Source of the DNA: Hormiphora californensis
Taxonomy: Eukaryota > Animalia > Ctenophora
Direction of reading: 5' to 3'
DNA length: 64,000 nucleotides
Assembly (NCBI GenBank): GCA_020137815.1
Contig: CM035362.1
Location: forward strand, 5,146,001 to 5,210,000
The notes beneath the pieces were generated by a model. That model made no database searches and was not told where the DNA came from. It was given only the letters and a program-made list of their open reading frames with translations. A program made the position numbers and the translations under genes. Numbering within the stretch: position 1 is the first letter of the stretch; each line of letters starts with the position of its first letter. This document shows positions 1 to 12,600 of the stretch, piece by piece.

Positions 1-15
1 AGTAGACACCTGGAT

Positions 16-20
<5 letters not shown>

Positions 21-77
<57 letters not shown>

Positions 78-430
78 TAGAGAGAGAGAAAGAGAGATAG
101 AGGTAGAGAGCGAGAGACTATAGAAAGAGATAGAGAGATATATCGAGAGAGAGAGCAGATAAGTAGAGAGAGACTCTCGCGATCTCTCTAGATCTAGCAC
201 CTCGCTATCCTTGTCTCTCTCTCTCTCTCTCTCTCTCGCTCTCTCTCGACTCTCTCTCTCGAGCTCTCTCTCTCTCTCCTCTGCGGCTACTCTCCTCTAA
301 CTCGCTCTCTGATCTCTTCTCCTCCTTTTCTCTCTTCTCTCTTCTCTCTCTCTTCTTCCTATCCTCTCCTCTCTCGCCCTCCTCCACTCCCCTCTTCTCT
401 TCCTCCCCCCTCTCTCCCCTCTCCCTCCTT
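21..430. repeat. (GA)n/(CT)n microsatellite, partly degenerate
   Basis: Direct inspection; explains the ER/SL-repeat ORFs in the track. Confidence 0.95.
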
Positions 431-566
431 TTCTCCTTCCGGATTATTACAAGAAAAAACAAGAGCCATTTCGGACAATAAATATATTTCTCTCCTCTTC
501 CCTTATCAGTTATCAGGCAAATAAATTCTATTGATAGGGCAGATTGCTCCAGCTTGCCTTGTTCGA

Positions 567-600
<34 letters not shown>

Positions 601-737
601 CACGCCCCCTCTTTTACAAATGCAAAGGAGGGTTAGAAAATACCACGCTCTATCCAGCTATTTTCCAGAATGTCAAAGCTGGTTCAGTTATAACACCCTA
701 GATCATGTAACGGGTTTCAGTTGTAGAGCTATTATAA

Positions 738-837
738 CAGTCGGACCACGATTTACCGACCCCCGATTTACCTAGACACCCCAATTAACAACCACACCCT
801 CCTTCCCAAACTCCCGTATAAGATCGTGGTCCGACTG
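738..837. mobile_element. Short MITE, CAGTCGGACC family
   Basis: Terminal inverted repeats CAGTCGGACCACGAT...ATCGTGGTCCGACTG; same family as 8115-8363. Confidence 0.6.
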
Positions 838-1419
838 TGTAAATATCGCCCGTTGTGTGAAGAAGAAAACCTCACGTAAATTTCTTTGTAAGGGTTCGGA
901 ATGAGAAAAATCTTTTTAAACGCGTACTGTAAAAAACGTATCGAACACGCTCATATTATATAAGCAATGATCCTGCCTCTAAATCATCTATCGCTTCACT
1001 TCTTCAATAAAGGAGAAAAATAATAATATCTTCACCTCCATATTTGTTTGTCAGAACTAGTCGCAGTTTTTTAGTCATAATAACCCTTCATTAACCATCT
1101 CCGAAGTAATTCTGCTACGTGGAAAACGGTTTCAATTCTAATTCAGGTTTCTCAAACAAAAACTGTAACTACATTTTATATCGCTTTTTAAACAGATTTG
1201 AACATGAACTCACTTTTGAGAAAAAAGAATCACTCTTGAACTTTAAATTTGTGTGGTAAGATAAAAAACACTTGTGTACAGGCGTTGTAAAAAGCTAAAA
1301 AGAGAGAATTATATTGTTACATGTTCATGCTGTGTGCTATTTTACATACAAACAGATTTAGAACTTACTTCAATGTTTGTTCAGGTACGCAGGATACAAA
1401 ACACCACCCACACATGTTA

Positions 1420-1575
1420 CAGTCGTATACCCTGGATTACCTTAACCACCCCCCCATTTAGGCGGGAGGATAGTCCCCCCCCCCCCCCGATATATAGGAA
1501 ATTAACGGTATTTGGACCAGATTTACCGGGCAAACCCATTCCCCCTCAGCATCCCGCTAAATCGGGGTCCAACTG
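1420..1575. mobile_element. MITE, CAGTCGGACC family (Tc1/mariner-like, TA flanks)
   Basis: TA|CAGTCG...GGTCCAACTG|TA; internal GATTTACCGGG and AAATCGGGGTCC motifs shared with 8115-8363. Confidence 0.6.
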
Positions 1576-1712
1576 TACAAAAAGGTCTATCAAATACCGT
1601 CCCATTCATTTCATATGTTTCACTTGTGAACCCCGACTTTGAGCTATTATACTGCAGCAGCAGTATGTAAAGCTATACAAAGTAACACACATACACACGT
1701 CACTCACTATCT

Positions 1713-1714
<2 letters not shown>

Positions 1715-1768
<54 letters not shown>

Positions 1769-2385
1769 TCCTCTCTCTCTCTCTCATCTCCTCTCGCTCT
1801 CTCCTCTCCTCTCTCTCTCTCTCTTCCTTCTCCCTTCTCGTCTCCCAGATCCTCCTCTCCTCTCTCCTCTCTCGTTCTCTCCTCTCCGCTCTACCCTCTC
1901 TCTCTTTCTTCTTCTCATCCTCTTCTCTCCTCTCTCCAGTCTCCCTCTCTCTCCTCGCTCATCGTCTCTCTCCGGTCTCCCTCTCACATCACCGTCAATC
2001 TCCTCATCTGCACTCTGCACTCCCCATCTCTCTTCTCTCCTTCGAAGGTCTCCTCTCTACTCTGCTCCTCTCGTCTTGCGTCTCTCCCTCTCTCGGAATC
2101 CTGTTCTTTCTCATCTCTCAATCTCCGACGCTCTCCGTCTCTCAATGATGCTCTATGCCTCGGTCTGCCATACTTCTCTCGTCCTCTCAGACTCCAGCGA
2201 CATCTCAATCTCTCTCTCTCTTCTCTCTTCTACGTCTCTCGTCAAGACTTCCTCCGCCCAATCTCACCTACTTCTTCGGTCTCGTCCACATCCTCATGCG
2301 CTTCTCAGTCCCACTCGTCTTCTCTCTACTCTTGGCTCCGCAAGTTCCGTCTCATGGCCTCAGTTTCTCCTCGAAATCAGTCTCT

Positions 2386-2417
<32 letters not shown>

Positions 2418-3180
2418 CTCTCTCTCCTCTCTCTCTGGTCACACACAAACAGCGTGCCTCCTCCGCACTCTCTGATATACTCTCTGTGTCTAGTTGAAAA
2501 AGAAAAGGCGTGCGAGAGAAATACTAATACAAACTGCCTAACAAGATATATTAACATTCATCCCTTATTTAGCGTTCCTTTATTGGCGTCTTGACGAGTT
2601 TCATATACTGGCTGGAGATCTGACAATGGTAAAACAACAACATCACTTATTATATTATAGGAAACAGTATTGGTCCCTTTAATCGAATTCTCCATACAGA
2701 TTTTCATCAGAATTCTCAGAATTATTGCCAAAATTCAATGTACATATATTATGTTGCAGTTGACTGACTGTTTGTCTCTTTCTAAAGAGAATTACATGTT
2801 GTTATATGTACTAACGGGGTATGAGCTGTTTAAATTAGTAGATAGAAAGAGCAAGAGAGATACCAAAGGGGTATGGGAGAGGCTATGAGAGTAAGAGAAA
2901 GAGAGAGAGGGAGAGGAGACGGGAGAGACACGAGAAGATTATAAGATAGAGGAGAGTAGATCGCATAGATGCAGAGATGAAGAGAGAGTCCTCTATCGCC
3001 TTCTAGCTTCTAGCCTTCCGATCCTCTCCCTGACTCTCTCTACCTCCCTTCATCTCCCGCTCGAACTCGCGTTGTCTGCCATTCTATCTCGTTTATTCTC
3101 TCTCTCTCATCCTCTCACCTCTCCTCTCTCCTCTCTCCCTTTCTCCTCTCTCTCCTCTCTCTCTCTACTTCTCTCCTCTA
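1715..3180. repeat. Degenerate (CT)n/(GA)n low-complexity blocks
   Basis: Direct inspection; irregular purity suggests decay or long-read errors. Confidence 0.85.
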
Positions 3181-3927
3181 GACTGAGCATACATCATCTC
3201 ACCGTTGCACAAATTCCTGTACCCCGCACCTTGTTGGCAGACAAAGGAAAATTGAATCATACATTGGAGGCTATAATAATAACCCAAAAGGGTGTGTGAG
3301 AAATTTTAAACGGGTTGGACGTAATGGTAAAATGTAAAGTAGGTTTTAGCGAAGTGCAAAGATAGATGTTCAAGTATTTTATCATTTTTTTTTGAGAGAT
3401 GGGTTAGAGAGATGTTAGTGCGAGGTATGTTAAAGCTTTTTGGGTTCGGGATGGACAAGGCACTATTATATGGAATATGGAAGAGATATATTAGAGAACT
3501 TGTTTTGAAAGAAAATGACAAAAACGATACCAATCCAACAAAGATATAACATACATACATTCTGGGGGAGGCACCCGTTTACCCCAGGGAGGGATGGCTC
3601 GGGGAAAAGATTTAGCCTCGGTAAATCGGGGTGGCAAACACAAAACACACGTCGCGGTATATCGATGGCCAAAATAAATCGTTTAATTTCCTATTCTCCT
3701 GGTATATCGGGGTTCCGGTAAATCGGGGTCCGACTCTACTACTAATATGATAACAATTATTTTACCTGCTTATTATAACTGTGTTGAGAAATACTCGAGG
3801 ATATTGTCGTGGGCCGTGGGGTGGTGGGGTGCCGTGGTTTTAAGTAAATTTTTTTTTTCCTTCCTCAATCAGTCCCCCTCCCCTCCCCTTCCCTTTATTC
3901 CTACCTCCACCCTCGTAGCACGCTCCG

Positions 3928-4430
3928 AGGACTGGGAACAGGTAAAATGTAAGGGCTGGGACGGGAAACGGTTAAAATGTAAGTGCTGGGAAACAGGGTA
4001 AAATGTAAGGACTTTTGTGGTGACACCTTTAGCGAGAATTCATGTAAGGACTTGGGAAACTCAGGTAAAGATTTAGGACTGGGAAAACAGTAGCAATGTA
4101 AGGACTGGGAAACAGGTAAAATGTAAGGGCTGGGAAACAGGTAAAATGTAAGGGCTGGGAACACGTTAAAATGTTGTCATAAGTAACTGTGAAAGCAGGT
4201 AAAATTGAAATGTAAGGACTGGGAAACAGGTAAAATGTAAGGACTGGGAAACAGGTAAAATGTAAGGACTGGGAAACAGGTAAAATGTAAGGACTGGGAA
4301 ACAGGTAAAATGTAAGGACTGGAAACAGGAGGTAAATTTAAGGGACTGGGAACAGGGTAACACATGTAAGGACTGGGGGAGAACAGGTCAAAAAAATGTA
4401 AGGACTGGGAAACAGGTAAAATGTAAGGAC
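3928..4430 (+). repeat. 25-bp tandem minisatellite (GGACTGGGAAACAGGTAAAATGTAA)
   Basis: Unit repeated many times, with perfect copies around 4216-4320. Confidence 0.9.
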
Positions 4431-5779
4431 TACCTAGTACCGGACTCCCCCCTCCCCTTTATATTACAAACCGTATAAAATCGTTTCCCTCTTGTTAATC
4501 AATCTTCCACTGGAATTAACGTTAGGTATGAAAGAAGAAAGTGGACGTCCTTACATTCTGTGTCGAGTAAATATCTGGAGTGTTGTTTGAAACGCTGTGA
4601 TCCATATGGTCCATCTGGTCCACACACATCATCCGGTCAGACATATCCGTGCAGTTGTCCACCCCCCACCTCCAGCACCCTGTATAGAGATAGAGAAGAG
4701 AGAAGAGAAGAGAGATAGAGAGAGAGAGAGAATATTAGAGAGAGAAGAGAGAGAGAGGGTTCATATTCCTCTCATGAAATTGACACCAAAATTTCAAACT
4801 TGTCTGATTTCGATAAAACTTATAATCATCTGAAACACGTAATGGACTTAGTATTCTGTAATACGCGTGTGGAAACTTCAATAATTAATTGCATAATTAA
4901 AATTACTTATGAGTAATTAAAGCCGCGTACGTTTACGCAACGACCGTTACGTGATGGACGTACCACATGCAATTTCATTGACAAAATTGCAAATGTAAGT
5001 GGTCGTAACTACCCAAACGTCTATGGTCGTTCCAAATTTAAAACGACCGTTACGGTATGGTCGTTATTTCGTAAACGTCCATAACTACGTTACGATCGGA
5101 CGTTACAGGTGTAATGCCTTTTGCAAAATAACTTTGTGCGGAAGTCAAATTCATGACCTTATAGGCTGCTGGTCACGGGTCATTACAACAACAAATCTTA
5201 CATTTTGTACTCCAAAACGTGATGGTCCGTTACTTTCGTGTAGGCCGACCTCATAACACGTTACTGTCGGTTACAAATTTAAAGAACATAACGCGCCGTG
5301 TACGTGATGGCGTTACAATTTTTTACCAGCACCGTTACGTTTACGTTACGGTCCGAATGTCCCGGGGTCGTTATGTACACAATCATTACAAAATTTTTTT
5401 CACACTAATCAAAGATTTAAAAAAAATCCCAAATTAGTTACAAGTATGCTTTCATTCAAATATTTTCCAATCAGACAGATCTCTTTGCTAAGCTAACCGC
5501 TGGAATACCCCATTTTTTAACGTCGTACTTGGAAAATATCACCACCTAAGACCCCTAACGGATATTATGAGCGATTTTACAAAAATGAGCGGTATGAGCG
5601 TCACTGTCGTTCATGGTCATGGTTTTGGGTGTACGTGGGGGGGATGTGACTGACGGGGGGTCCCACGCCGACCACAACGCGAAAATCGTCATTTTTTTAG
5701 CATATTATGCTCAGCCTTATTCATTCCTACTGATACCTAGTTGTACCATCACCCCCTACAATCCCCGCTCCCCTTGAAG

Positions 5780-8700
5780 GTGTCCGAGTACATGAATGTG
5801 AACAAAATGTAAACCCGGGACCACGACACAAAGATCCAGGGAGAGCTGGATCTGCTGAAACAGAAGACCACCGCTGAACTTGATCACCTCCGGCTTACCG
5901 CTCAAAAGGTATTAATATTACTAGCAAAACTGGGGCGATCGTACCGATCGCAAATCGAGGGGTCTGTTTCTATGTTTCTCTCTCTGCCTGTCTGCTATAC
6001 AGGGTGTCCCATATATTCTGTGGGTCGGTTGGCGAGCTGTCACGCAAAAACGGTGATAGTTGTGTGAAAACAAACTACGGGAGTGTGCTGGATTAATTCC
6101 TTCCTAACTGATGGCTTTGTTTTTAAATTAAATTTCAAAAGTTCATTTTTCATGAATGAACATTCCTGTCATTCATTCGTGAATTCTGAAATATTGTTTA
6201 CCTTGAGTAAAAAACTTTTCTTTGGCTCGAAATTATCTTTCCAATGAGCACCATAAAAATCAAATTGAAGCACCGGATCGCATGGCAGGTGAGAAAATGC
6301 AAATGCATGATTTTGGCCATTCCTGCGACTTTCAATCAGCTGTATCACCGCTACTTTCAGTTCAATCCTTTTAAAAGTTTGGGTGAACATTGGTGAAGAT
6401 AAGATATTTGCTCACAAGAAAAATCAAGGTCAAAACTCAAAGTTCATTTTTCATTTTTGGTAGTTCATTCCACTCATTCAGGAACAAACATCCCTAAAGT
6501 GACGAAAAGGTTTGGGTTTTGTTTGGCCCATGTCCTGAAACGACAGAGAGGTGTAAAAACGTGTTTCCGGGCTAGTTAGTGGGTGTCCATGTGATCATTA
6601 TGATATCTGACACCTGTGCTGAGCCATAATTAAGAGATTTTCTCAAATTCAAACATGGGATACGAGTATTCTGCGATTGGTATTGTGCACCAATAACAAG
6701 AGATCCCATAGCACCTCAAAAATTATGATTAGCTAAATGAAATGAGTTGATTCACGCTTGAAAATGTTCGTTTAGTCCGAATTTACATTGGTTTTAATCT
6801 TTTCAATCGTAAATCAACTCATTTTTAGCTAATCATAATTTTTGAGGTGCTATGGGATCTCTTGTTATTGGTGCACGATACCAATCGCAGAATACTCGTA
6901 TCCCATGTTTGAATTTGAGAAAATCTCTTAATTATGGCTCAGCACAGGTGTCAGATATCATAATGATCACATGGACACCCACTAACTAGCCCGGAAACAC
7001 GTTTTTACACCTCTCTGTCGTTTCAGGACATGGGCCAAACAAAACCCAAACCTTTTCGTCACTTTAGGGATGTTTGTTCCTGAATGAGTGGAATGAACTG
7101 CCAAAAATGAAAAATGAACTTTGAGTTTTGACCTTGATTTTTCTTGTGAGCAAATATCTTATCTTCACCAATGTTCACCCAAACTTTTAAAAGGATTGAA
7201 CTGAAAGTAGCGGTGATACAGCTGATTGAAAGTCGCAGGAATGGCCAAAATCATGCATTTGCATTTTCTCACCTGCCATGCGATCCGGTGCTTCAATTTG
7301 ATTTTTATGGTGCTCATTGGAAAGATAATTTCGAGCCAAAGAAAAGTTTTTTACTCAAGGTAAACAATATTTCAGAATTCACGAATGAATGACAGGAATG
7401 TTCATTCATGAAAAATGAACTTTTGAAATTTAATTTAAAAACAAAGCCATCAGTTAGGAAGGAATTAATCCAGCACACTCCCGTAGTTTGTTTTCACACA
7501 ACTATCACCGTTTTTGCGTGACAGCTCGCCAACCGACCCACAGAATATATGGGACACCCTGTATGCTATGTGATGTGATCCCTCTCTTTTTCTCTCTTTC
7601 TCTCCCTTTTATACATGTGATGTGACCCCTCAAGTCGCAAGCAGTTCTCAAAACGTGTGATACGTGATACCTACGAATCACCTCGTCACACTGACGGATC
7701 ATGTCGTCACACTGACGGATCACGTCGTCACATTGACGGATCACGTCGTCACATTGACGATAGGGTGTCACATTTCCGTGCAAATTTGCATTAGATATAG
7801 TTAGATTCGGTTGAGAAAATATCTATCTGTTTGCTACTACCTAACGAAGCCTTACTCACTGTTTTTGATGGCTGGTCCTTCATTTTGAGCTCTTGGAAAC
7901 TCCCCAAAATCTCATACATTTTGTTTTTAAGATATCTCCATCTCACTCCAATCCCACCCAGGTATACGAGCAAGAGAAGGCAGTGCTAGTGAAGAGTAGG
8001 GAAGCAGCAGTGCAAGACAGAGATGATGCACTACGGAGAAATAGAGAGTTGTTAGAACAACATGGGGACCTGACCTCAGCTTACCACACGTAGGTCTTAC
8101 TGGGAACTGTTATACAGTCGGACCCCGATGCTCGGGGGAATATACTGTTAATTTCCTCTCTCGGTATATCAGAGTATGTATTACTGGTAACTGGTAACTG
8201 TTATGCATTGCCAAGTACAGTGTTTTCTACGGGATCACTACAAGCGGGTTTTGCCCGGTATATCGGGGTCAAATACTGTCAATTTCCTATTCCGGGGAAA
8301 GATTATCCTCCCGGTAAATCGGGGTTCCGGTAAATCGGGGCCTGGTGAATCGGGGTCCGACTGTATATAAACTTATTTTAACGAGATATACATTTTCTAT
8401 AGTTCAAGAACATCCCTCCCAAGTCCCACGTCCCTTTATGTTTCCCTCTATTTCAGGTTCCAAAGCAAATCAGAGTCCCAACTCTCTGAGTACAAGAACA
8501 CACTAAAAATCAAGGAATTCGAGCTTGAGAGATTAACATTGTTGTACGATGAAATTAGCACAAAGTTCGGAAATGCAACTAATGATAACGACAAAAATGC
8601 AAAGAAATTAGAGGTATGTATTATTTAGACTTTAGGCTTTCGCTTTCATGTTTCACCATTTTCTCTCGATATTTTCTTTGTTATGTTCTAACCCTCCCTT

Positions 8701-9459
8701 TACATTTGTGCGAAAAACAGTCTAACTTGGCAATATTTTCTGCCGACCAATATATTTCAATATTTCGGGTTTCCCCTTATTCATGCAAAACACATTTCAG
8801 CCAATCAGTTTTCTCTATTTGTATCACGTGATGTCTCTCAGCCAATAACAACCCCCCTCTTTTTACAGGTATTACTAGACGAGTACAACACTCTTAAACA
8901 CACCCACCTAACCGAAGTAAACAGCCTAACTCTGAAAATCCGAACTCTCTCCTCCGAGCTGACTGCTCTGAGAATGGGAGATACCGATATCAGGGAGATT
9001 ATGACAGTCCTGGGATCAGAAAATATTGCATGCAACAAGGAGCAGTTAGCTAAAAGGTTGATTGAGATTTCCAAGAACAATGAGACTTTGAAGGATTCGT
9101 TGAGGACCAAAAATGAGGCTTTGGAGCGGGCTTTGGGTGAGATCCAGGGGCTCAAATCGGAGATTCGACATTCAAACCAGCCATCTGGGTATCTGGTTGA
9201 GAGTATTAAGAAACGAGATGAGCAGATCGGGAAATTGAGAAAGGAAATTGAGGGACTGAGAGAGAGTTGTGAGGAACTAAAGGCTGAACGGAAGAAACTT
9301 CAAATCGAGAAGGAAGATTTAGTTTGCGATTTGGAAAAAGCCCTGAAAAACAGTGATCGTTTGAAGGATCTGAGGCAGAGAGTTGAGAAGAAGATTCATA
9401 TGACAGACAGAATTCAGCCTCGAGCCGTTGTTTTTACTAAAGAAAAGATGGCTAGCTAG
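5780..9459 (+). CDS. PIBF1: Progesterone-induced blocking factor 1 / CEP90, 3' exons: 5780-5908, 7962-8089, 8457-8613, 8869-9459
   Basis: Phase-consistent GT-AG exons. The peptide ...KIQGELDLLKQKTTAELDHLR..VYEQE..LKIKEFELERL..KKLEVL..QPSGYLVESIKKRDEQI..PRAVVFTK matches the PIBF1 C-terminal coiled coil as I recall it. In-frame TAA at 5810-5812. Confidence 0.85.
6000..7561. mobile_element. Non-autonomous foldback element (Tc1/mariner-type ends) in a PIBF1 intron
   Basis: TA|CAGGGTGTCCC...GGGACACCCTG|TA; near-perfect ~750-bp inverted arms around a ~50-70-bp spacer (mirror ORFs 6169-6390 and 7171-7392). Confidence 0.92.
8115..8363. mobile_element. MITE with TA TSD in a PIBF1 intron
   Basis: TA|CAGTCGGACCCCGAT...ATCGGGGTCCGACTG|TA. 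Confidence 0.85.
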
Positions 9460-9617
9460 TAACTTGATATTTTCAAACTTCCTTTCTTTTTTCTGACAGA
9501 CCCATATTTAACTTTACTTTGTACAGATTGTATATGTAGCTTACTTATTTTATTGAAACAACATAATCAAGAACTTTCTAAGTATGCGTCACCTTTATGA
9601 ACGAGGCTTGTTTTTAA

Positions 9618-12600
9618 CAGGGTGTGAACTGCATGTCGTGTTTGCTAGTCGCGAGCGCGCTTGCGAGACAAGCAAACACGTCAAGGTTCATTAACAAGCA
9701 TGCTGCTCAGTCATTTTAGATTTAATACACAATGTAAGGATACCATGTAATAGGTGAGACTCTTGCCGTCACCCTCGTTCAAGTCCCGTGAAAAACGGAG
9801 CAGTACACGCAAACTGATGCCCATTTTCCTCGCGTGACCCCGATTCAGCAGTTTGAGACACCAACTCTTTAGGGGGCCATATCTCAGGAACCAGACAAGA
9901 TAGGAAAAATCGCCGTCTAACGAGGCGTACAGTTTTTAATCTAGTTTACCACTGTACCGGCCGTTTCACTCTCCGACCTAAAACAAAAATCGCAACCCCA
10001 CAAAACTTCAAAATAATGAAATTCGCATCTCGCATGTCGTGTTGCATGTCGTGTTGCATGTCGTGTCATGTTATTGACGCGCTCGCGTTCAACTCTCACA
10101 CAGCAGCTGCAGAACATGGCGGGAAACATCGAGGAGTAGAGAGAGGGTCGGTGCCGAATCAAATATTTCTTGATCTTGATCTACTCCATCTCTCAGCTAT
10201 CCTACCCCTCATCAACTCGATCTCTCAGCTACCCTACCCCTCATCTACTCCATCTTTCAGCTACCCTACCCCTCATCTACTCCATCTTTCAGCTACCCTA
10301 CCCCTTATCTAGTCCATCTCTCAGCTACCCTACTCCTCATCTACTCCATCTCTCAGCTTCCCTACTAGGGAAGCATAGAGATGGAAACGATTAGGGGTAG
10401 GGAATCCCTATCCATAATCGTTTCCATCTCTATGCTTCCCTAGCCCTCATCAACTCCATCTTTCAGCTACCCTACCCCTAATCTAGTCCATCTCTCCGCT
10501 ACCCTACTCCTCATCTACTCCATCTCTCAGCTACCCTACCTCCCATTTACTCCATCTCTCAGCTTCCCTACCTGCCATTTACTCCATCTTTCAGATACCC
10601 TACCTCCCATTTACTCCATCTCTCAGCTTACCTACCTCCCATTTACTCCATCTCTCAGCTTCCCTACCTCCCATTTACTCCATCTCTCAGCTTCCCTACC
10701 TCCCATTTACTCCATCTCTCAGCTACCCTACCACCCATTTACTCCATCTCTCAGCTTCCCTACCTCCCATTTACTCCATCTCTCAGCTTCCCTACCTCCC
10801 ATTTACTCCATCCCTCAGCTTCCCTACCTCCCATTTACTCCATCTCTCAACTTCCCTACCTCCCATTTACTCCATCTCTCAGCTACCCTACCTCCCATTT
10901 ACTCCATCTCTCAGCTTACCTACCTCCCATTTACTCCATATCTCAGCTACCCTACCTCTCATTTACTCCATCTTTCAGATACCCTACCTCCCATTTACTC
11001 CATCTCTCAGCTTACCTACCTCCCATTTACTCCATCTCTCAGCTTCCCTACCTCCCATTTACTCCATCTCTCAGCTTCCCTACCTCCCATTTACTCCATC
11101 TCTCAGCTACCCAACCTCCCATTCACTCCATCTATCAGCTACCCTACCTCCCATTTACTCCATCTCTCAACTTCCCTACCTCCCATTTACTCCATCCCTC
11201 AGCTTCCCTACCTCCCATTTACTCCATCCCTGCCTCCCATTTACTCCATCTCTCAGCTACCCTACCTCCCATTCACTCCATCTCTCAGCTACCCTACCAC
11301 CCATTTACTCCATCTCTCAGCTTCCCTACCTCCCATTTACTCCATCTCTCAGCTTCCCTACCTCCCATTTACTCCATCCCTCAGCTTCCCTACCTCCCAT
11401 TTACTCCATCTCTCAACTTCCCTACCTCCCATTTACTCCATCTCTCAGCTACCCTACCTCCCATTTACTCCTTCTCTCAGCTTCCCTACCTCCCATTTAC
11501 TCCATCTTTCAGCTTCCCTACCTCCCATTTACTCCATCGCTTACCTTCCCTACCTCCCATTTACTCCATCTCTCAGCTTCCCTACCTCCCATTTACTCCA
11601 TCTCTCATTTATCCTAACATTCCTACCCCTGAGAGATGGAGTAAATGGGAGGTAGGGAAGCTGAGAGATGGAGTAAATGGGAGGTAGGGAAGCTGAGAGA
11701 TGGAGTAAATGGGAGGTAGGAAAGCTGAGAAATGGAGTAAATGGGAGGTAGGGTAGCTGAGAGATGGAGTAAATGGGTGGTAGGGTAGCTGAGAGATGGA
11801 GTAAATGGGAGGTAGGGAAGCTGAGGGATGGAGTAAATGGGAGGTAGGGAAGCTGAGAGATGGAGTAAATGGGAGGTAGGTAAGCTGAGAGATGGAGTAA
11901 ATGGGAGGTAGGGAAGCTGAGAGATGGAGTAAATGGGAGGTAGGTAAGCTGAGAGATGGAGTAAATGGGAGGTAGGGTATCTGAAAGATGGAGTAAATGG
12001 CAGGTAGGGAAGCTGAGATATGGAGTAAATGGGAGGTAGGGAAGCTGAGAGATGGAGTAAATGGGAGGTAGGGTAGCTGATAGATGGAGTGAATGGGAGG
12101 TTGGGTAGCTGAGAGATGGAGTAAATGGGAGGTAGGGAAGCTGAGAGATGGAGTAAATGGGAGGTAGGGAAGCTGAGAGATGGAGTAAATGGGAGGTAGG
12201 GAAGCTGAGAGATGGAGTAAATGGGAGGTAGGGTAGCTGATAGATGGAGTGAATGGGAGGTTGGGTAGCTGAGAGATGGAGTAAATGGGAGGTAGGGTAG
12301 CTGAGGGATGGAGTAAATGGGAGGTAGGGTAGCTGATAGATGGAGTAAATGGGAGGTAGGGAAGCTGAGAGATGGAGTAAATGGGAGGTAGGGAAGCTGA
12401 GAGATGGAGTAAATGGGAGGTAGGGAAGCTGAGAGATGGAGTAAATGGGAGGTAGGGTAGCTGATAGATGGAGTAAATGGGAGGTAGGGAAGCTGAGAGA
12501 TGGAGTAAATGGAAGGTAGGTAAGCTGAGAGATGGAGTAAATGGGAGGTAGGGAAGCTGAGAGATGGAGTAAATGGGAGGTAGGGTAGCTGATAGATGGA

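Noticed and set aside
205-3299. ER-rich and SL-rich ORFs (also 22776-23584 and 34584-34936)
   Set aside because: Translations of (GA)n/(CT)n microsatellites
4556-4680. Possible minus-strand exon (..VDNCTDMSDRMMCVDQMDH..)
   Set aside because: Plausible splice sites, but no partner exons or recognisable homology
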